From: an uncultured bacterium
Lineage (GTDB): Bacteria > Bacillota_I > Bacilli_A > RFN20 > CAG-826
Direction of reading: 5' to 3'
NCBI GenBank assembly: GCA_949290395.1
Contig: CASERQ010000002.1
Location: 130,727-194,726, forward strand
Length of the DNA stretch: 64,000 nucleotides
In this document: one piece after another, positions 61,394-64,000 of the stretch
Numbering within the stretch: the first letter of the stretch is position 1
Layout of the letters: each line of letters begins with the position of its first letter
Position numbers and translations under genes: made by a program
The notes under the pieces: generated by a model
Told to the model about the DNA's origin: nothing
The model's database searches: none
What the model saw: only the letters and a program-made list of their open reading frames with translations

Positions 61394-63152
61394 TTTGGCC
61401 CTCCTTAATAATTTCTATACCTAATTTTTGAAGTTGTTCTTCATCAACTTCATATGGAGCATTAGAAACTGGATCAACTGCAGCTAAGTTTTTAGGAAAA
61501 GCAATAACATCACGAATGTTATCTGTTCCACTTAAAATCATAGCCATTCTATCAAGTCCTAAAGCAAAACCACCATGTGGAGGTGTTCCATATTTTAATG
61601 AGTCAACAAAGAATCCAAATTTCTTTTTAATATCTTCTTCTGTAAATCCAAGAACTTTAAAGATCATTTCTTGAACTTTTTGGTCATAAATTCTTAAAGA
61701 TCCACCGCCTGCTTCATATCCATTAATTACGATATCATATGCATAGCTATAAACATTGTATGGTTCAGTAAATAATTTATCGATATCTTCATCACATGGT
61801 CTTGTAAATGGATGATGGCATGGGGTAATTTCACCTGTTTCCTCACTCTTTTCGAAAAGTGGGAAATGAACGACCCATAATAAATCGTATGTATTCGGCT
61901 TAATTAAACCTAATTCTTTAGCAAGTTGACTTCTTAAGGCGCCTAAACCAAAGTTAACATCTCTCAAAATGTTACTTGTAGCAATAATTAAAGCGTCTCC
62001 ATCTTTTAATTCAGTAGCTTTGATGAGTTCTTCTTTGATTTCTTGTGATAAGAATTTAACAATACTTCCTTCCAATTCGCCATTAACCAACTTCAAATAA
62101 GCAAATTGTTTCATGTTAAATTTAGGAGCAACTAAATTTAAAGCATCTTGTTTCTTTCTAGTTAAATGTTCAGCAAAGTTATCAACCTTAATTGCTTTAA
62201 TGTATTTGTTGTCTTGATATAATTTGAATTCTGAATTACCAAGAATGTACTTAATATCCACTAAATACATACTAAAACGTGTATCTGGCTTATCAGAACC
62301 ATATTTATTGACTGCTTCTTTATATTCCATTCTTCTTAAAGGAAGTTTAACATCATAGCCAATAGCGTCTTTAAATATTTTTGCTACCAAGCCTTCACCG
62401 AGATTAAGAATTTGGTCTTGATTTAAGAAACTTGTTTCAACATCAATTTGAGTAAAATCAGGTTGTCTATCTGCTCTTAAATCTTCATCTCTAAAACATC
62501 TAGCAATTTGATAGTATCTTTCAAAACCAGCGACCATCAACATCTGTTTATAAAGTTGTGGGGATTGTGGTAATGCGTAAAATGCGCCTTTATGAACTCT
62601 GCTAGGTACTAAATAATCTCTAGCTCCCTCTGGTGTAGATGGAGATAAATAAGGTGTTTCAATTTCTATAAAATCATTAGAATCTAAAAATTCATGTGTT
62701 GCTTTAACAATTTTTGCTCTAATTTTAAAACGTCTTTGCATGCAATTTCTTCTTAAATCAAGGTAACGATACTTTAAACGAATATCTTCATTTGCATCAG
62801 TTACTTCTTGAGTAGAAATTGGAGGTTGTAAAGCTGTATTAATAACTTTAATTCTACTTGCTAAAACTTCAACTTCACCAGTTGCAAGATTTTTATTAGG
62901 TACATCTTTTTTACAAACAACGCCTTCTACTTCTAAAACATACTCATTTCTGATATCTGGAAGTTCTATTTCATCAGTTTTAACACAAATTTGAACATAG
63001 CCTTCCCTATCTCTTAAATCTATAAAAAGCAAGCTCCCTAAATTACGCTTTTTAGAAACCCAACCTAAAAGTTGAACAGTTCTTCCAACATCACTAAGTC
63101 TTAAGTTTCCGCAATAATATGTTCTAACAAACTTTTCTTCAACGTTATTCAT
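61386..63152 (-). CDS. aspS: aspartate--tRNA ligase
   Basis: FIDLRDR, TPEGARDYLVP, LPQSPQ, FRDEDLRADRQP and PPHGG motifs. Confidence 0.98.
   Translation of the reverse strand: MNNVEEKFVRTYYCGNLRLSDVGRTVQLLGWVSKKRNLGSLLFIDLRDREGYVQICVKTDEIELPDIRNEYVLEVEGVVCKKDVPNKNLATGEVEVLASRIKVINTALQPPISTQEVTDANEDIRLKYRYLDLRRNCMQRRFKIRAKIVKATHEFLDSNDFIEIETPYLSPSTPEGARDYLVPSRVHKGAFYALPQSPQLYKQMLMVAGFERYYQIARCFRDEDLRADRQPDFTQIDVETSFLNQDQILNLGEGLVAKIFKDAIGYDVKLPLRRMEYKEAVNKYGSDKPDTRFSMYLVDIKYILGNSEFKLYQDNKYIKAIKVDNFAEHLTRKKQDALNLVAPKFNMKQFAYLKLVNGELEGSIVKFLSQEIKEELIKATELKDGDALIIATSNILRDVNFGLGALRSQLAKELGLIKPNTYDLLWVVHFPLFEKSEETGEITPCHHPFTRPCDEDIDKLFTEPYNVYSYAYDIVINGYEAGGGSLRIYDQKVQEMIFKVLGFTEEDIKKKFGFFVDSLKYGTPPHGGFALGLDRMAMILSGTDNIRDVIAFPKNLAAVDPVSNAPYEVDEEQLQKLGIEIIKEGQND
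62232..62275 (-). repeat. 11-bp phased TAGT array, 4 units, inside aspS
   Basis: On the - strand: TTAGTATGTAT TTAGTGGATAT TAAGTACATTC TTGGTAATTCA. Confidence 0.65.
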
Positions 63153-63181
63153 AAAATATATACCCCATTTCTAATCAATAA

Positions 63182-64000
63182 TTATTCTTCGTGATGACAG
63201 TGTCCATGTCCGTGACAGCAATGATGTTCGTGTTCATCATCATCTTGACAACATTCACCATGTTCATGTCCTTCATGTCTACAACATTCTCCATGTTCAT
63301 GACCTTCATGATGACAACAACATTCAGAATCATCAGCAGATTCTAATTCTATATCGAAGAAATTATCTAAATATGATTGTAAATCTTGTAAATTGATTTG
63401 AGTTTGCTCTTTTGTTCCCAAATTCTTGATTGTAATCATATTGTTATTGAGTTCATCTTCGCCAATTATAAGTGCAAGTGTAGCTTCACGTCTTTCTGCT
63501 TTTTTAAACATTGCACCCATTGACTTAGCTTCATAACAAACTTCAGTAGAATAACCTAAATTTCTTAAAACATAAGCCAATCCAAAAGAAAATTCGACTG
63601 CTTTTTCTCCCATTGGCATAATAAATAAATCCACTCCGTTTGCTAATTCTGGGAATAAAGAATCATCTTCCATTACTTTTGCAATACGTTCAATTCCAAA
63701 AGCAAAACCAACACCTTCAATTTGTGGCCCACCAATTTCAGAAATAAGATTTCCATAGTGTCCGCCTGCTCCAATTGCTCCATAATTATTGCCGTTTGAT
63801 GCTGTGTAGTGAAATTCAAACACAATTCCTGAATAATAATCTAAACCTCTAACAAGTTCAGAATCGACTTCAAAAGGAATTTCTAAAGCAGTTAAATATG
63901 ATTTAACTTTTTCGAATCTATTTCTTGCTTCTTCTGTTAAATAATCACCAATTTTAGGTGCTTTATCTATAATTGGACGATCTTCAGGAACTTTACAATC
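63182..64000 (-). CDS. hisS: histidine--tRNA ligase (5' truncated) with His/Cys-rich tail
   Basis: Frame is open to the window end. LVRGLDYY, GAGGHY, GFAFGIER and IIGEDE motifs; hisS-aspS synteny. Confidence 0.96.
   Translation of the reverse strand, partial: DCKVPEDRPIIDKAPKIGDYLTEEARNRFEKVKSYLTALEIPFEVDSELVRGLDYYSGIVFEFHYTASNGNNYGAIGAGGHYGNLISEIGGPQIEGVGFAFGIERIAKVMEDDSLFPELANGVDLFIMPMGEKAVEFSFGLAYVLRNLGYSTEVCYEAKSMGAMFKKAERREATLALIIGEDELNNNMITIKNLGTKEQTQINLQDLQSYLDNFFDIELESADDSECCCHHEGHEHGECCRHEGHEHGECCQDDDEHEHHCCHGHGHCHHEE
63248..63313 (-). repeat. 33-bp imperfect tandem repeat (2 copies) in the hisS tail
   Basis: acaacattcaccatgttcatgtccttcatgtct / acaacattctccatgttcatgaccttcatgatg, encoding xHEGHEHGECC twice. 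Confidence 0.85.

Overview
This is 64 kb of AT-rich chromosome from a low-GC Bacilli-type bacterium. TGA is used as a stop (code 11). The alpha2-type GlyRS, non-canonical EF-P loop and reduced B. subtilis-like gene order suggest a Mollicutes/Erysipelotrichia-related lineage, which is an inference. Content is mostly housekeeping: alaS-greA-comEA/comEC-holA, lepA, hemW-hrcA-grpE-dnaK-dnaJ, rpsU-ybeY-cdd-era-recO-glyQS-dnaG-sigA, cshB, ispG, efp, plsY, parE/parC, yqeGH, deoB, xerD, dinB, xseAB, nusB, tkt, aspS and hisS. I saw no tRNA, rRNA, CRISPR array, IS or prophage. The window spans the replication terminus: a 28-bp dif site lies at 49157-49184, exactly where gene orientation flips from + to -. 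The most striking unexplained signal is a family of 11 short arrays, each with 3-5 units phased at 11 bp (consensus about TTAGTAGATAA). They recur every 2-8 kb, both between and inside genes, and 10 of 11 switch strand at dif, suggesting an undescribed polar terminus-region DNA-protein system. One array sits just upstream of a gene for a catalytically degenerate Fic-like protein with a probable C-terminal winged helix, a candidate binder. A second signal is an identical 19-mer upstream of comEA and of an ATPase-less C39 peptidase-membrane protein, possibly marking a competence regulon. Other oddities are a Cys-less IspH homolog, an orphan MazF-like protein beside dif, a His/Cys-rich HisRS tail and several probably leaderless genes. 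All motif observations were made by eye and need computational confirmation.
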